Source: Chiloscyllium plagiosum (taxonomy: Eukaryota). From it: DNA of 64,000 bases. The notes under the pieces are model-generated. The model was not told the DNA's origin, made no database searches, and saw only the letters and a program-made list of their open reading frames with translations. Each line of letters starts with the position of its first letter. Position 1 is the stretch's first letter. Below, in pieces: positions 62,236 to 64,000 of this stretch. The translations under genes and the position numbers were made by a program. The stretch is taken from assembly GCF_004010195.1 (NCBI RefSeq), contig NC_057746.1, positions 34,631,086 through 34,695,085 of the forward strand, written 5' to 3'.

Positions 62236-63324
62236 GATTGAAGTGGGAATCCCATCAGGAATCTGCCTGCCGTTCTAACAGCTTCAGACCATGAGCCCCA
62301 CTTTGATTCCGTTTTATTGTACCAAGGTTCAGTCTCCCCTTGATCAGAAAATGAAACAATGATATTAACGGATACATTGAGTCAGTTGAGTTTTTCCAGC
62401 ATTCGCTGTTTTTATTTTGAAAAATGGAATCTGGGCATCTCTTCCCCAAAATTAATCTGTCGGGCAGGAAAGAGTTGAAATCTTCCAATGTGAGGTTGAT
62501 GGGGCTTTTGTTTTGCAATACAGAGGTCATTAAAGGTGAGCAGACCAAGGTGGGTGGGTGGTCTTGTCTTACAGATGGAATTTGAGGAAGCTGAGTGGTC
62601 AGACCCTGATCCTTTACTCCAGGCTATGACCCTCGGAGCTGCAGCAAGGGCGAGTTGTGCTGGTTCTGCTGCAGGAACCCCCGAACAGGAACCGGGGACT
62701 GCCAAAGTCAGCCCAGAAGCTCCACTGCCTCAGACTCCTCGAAGATGCTTAGTGCCGGGAAAACTGTCCCTTACCCCCTTGAGTTATCTCTGGTGTTGAA
62801 TGTCTTAAAGGTCAGGTTTGTTGATCCTTCACGAACCTGGTATTAATTGGGGTGGGGGCTAAGTCCAGAGTGTCTGCTGTAGCCTATGTCCATCTGTGAG
62901 AAGGCTGTTGTCTCTCTCCTCAATCCCCATACCAACGAGGGCCTGTCCCCCTCCTTACTGATGGTCAGGTAACCACTGCTGCCTCCCAACACCCAGGCTC
63001 GATTCCAGCCTCGGGCGACTGTCTGTGTGGAGTTCCTCCCACGGTCTAAAGATATGCAGATTAGGGTGGATTGGCTATGCTAAATTACCCACTGTATTCA
63101 CGGCTCTGCAGGCTGGTTGGAATAATTGTAGGAAATGCAGGGGTCTGGGTATAGGCGGGTGGGATGCTCTTCAGACGGTCGGTATTGACTCAGTGGGCCG
63201 AATGGCCTGCTTGCACACTGAGAGTTGGCCTTGGGTTACTGGTTCAGTTGTTGGAGTGAGTGACTGACTTGCCACTGTTCCAGTCCTGTATGTTCACAGC
63301 CCCCTGTCTGTTTCTCTCATCTAG

Positions 63325-63427
63325 GTCGATGAAGATTATATTCAGGACAAGTTCAATCTGACCGGCCTGAATGAGCAGGTGCCTCATTACCGCCAGGCGC
63401 TGGATATGATTCTGGATCTTGAGCCCG
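63325..63427 (+). CDS. CSNK2B: Casein kinase II beta subunit, second coding exon (gene continues beyond window)
   Basis: atctag|GTC; [35 protein letters not shown]|gtacgt; 103 nt. Confidence 0.97.
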
Positions 63428-64000
63428 GTACGTGGTGGTAAAGGTGATGGGAGCTGTGGGGTCCGGACTGACAGTGCAGTTGTCCTGTCCCTCTGCTCCA
63501 GGGCTGGCTGTTCCAGCACTCTGCCATACAGCTGGAGGGGGGGGGAGAGAGACGGTGTCAGTGAGAGTCCCACTCCCTCCCTCCCTCCCTCCCCCACGAT
63601 GACACCCATTCCTTTCCTGTCTGGACAGCGTCGGGGTGAAGGCACATTGTTGACTGAGTTTGGGAGGACCAGTCCATCTTATCTTGCAGAAATACTGGGT
63701 AAGGAGTCACGCACTTGACCACCAAAGCTTTATATCCCTGGAGTACAGGGATACAGCAGTTACACAAAGCCCTGGTGAGAGCCCACTTGGAGTACTGAGA
63801 GCAGATCTGGGCCCTGCACCTTCAGAAGGGTGGTGTCTCCGTGGAGGGAGAACAAGCATGTGGACCTGGACTGCACGGGTGACGTTATAAGGAGCAGTTA
63901 TACAAATGAGGCCTGTTTTCTCCAGATGTTTTAGAAGGTAAAGGATGATCTGATTAAAGTCTTCAGGATATTAACAGGAAAAGACAGGGTAGATAAGCTA

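Noticed and set aside
62575-62810. Possible cassette exon in CSNK2B intron 2 (MEFEEAEWSDPDP...)
   Set aside because: Good acceptor but no convincing in-frame GT donor, and it would interrupt a highly conserved CK2-beta segment.

Overview
Vertebrate genomic DNA, almost certainly a shark (elasmobranch), judged from HER1/CR1-type LINEs, HE1-type tRNA SINEs and abundant Penelope remnants. It has four N-gaps. I rebuilt three spliced genes by hand from GT-AG junctions and frame continuity. (1) A complete 8-coding-exon TRAF1/TRAF2-clade gene on + (9869-21615, 449 aa: RING, only two TRAF zinc fingers, coiled coil, MATH). (2) A complete 4-coding-exon NFKBIL1 on - (33290-25240, 347 aa). (3) The first two coding exons of CSNK2B on + (59936-63427, continues past the window). 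NFKBIL1 plus CSNK2B mark MHC class III-type synteny, so the TRAF gene is a candidate MHC-linked TRAF1/2 paralog with no counterpart in the human MHC. NFKBIL1 and CSNK2B point away from one CpG island, which is flanked by a minisatellite of alternating ETS and AP-1 sites. Other points of interest: a minisatellite that amplifies the TRAF RING-exon splice donor about 30-fold, several Penelope-derived hammerhead ribozyme motifs, and an orphan candidate signal-peptide exon. Most long ORFs in the supplied track are artefacts of gaps, repeats or transposons. Repeat boundaries are approximate.
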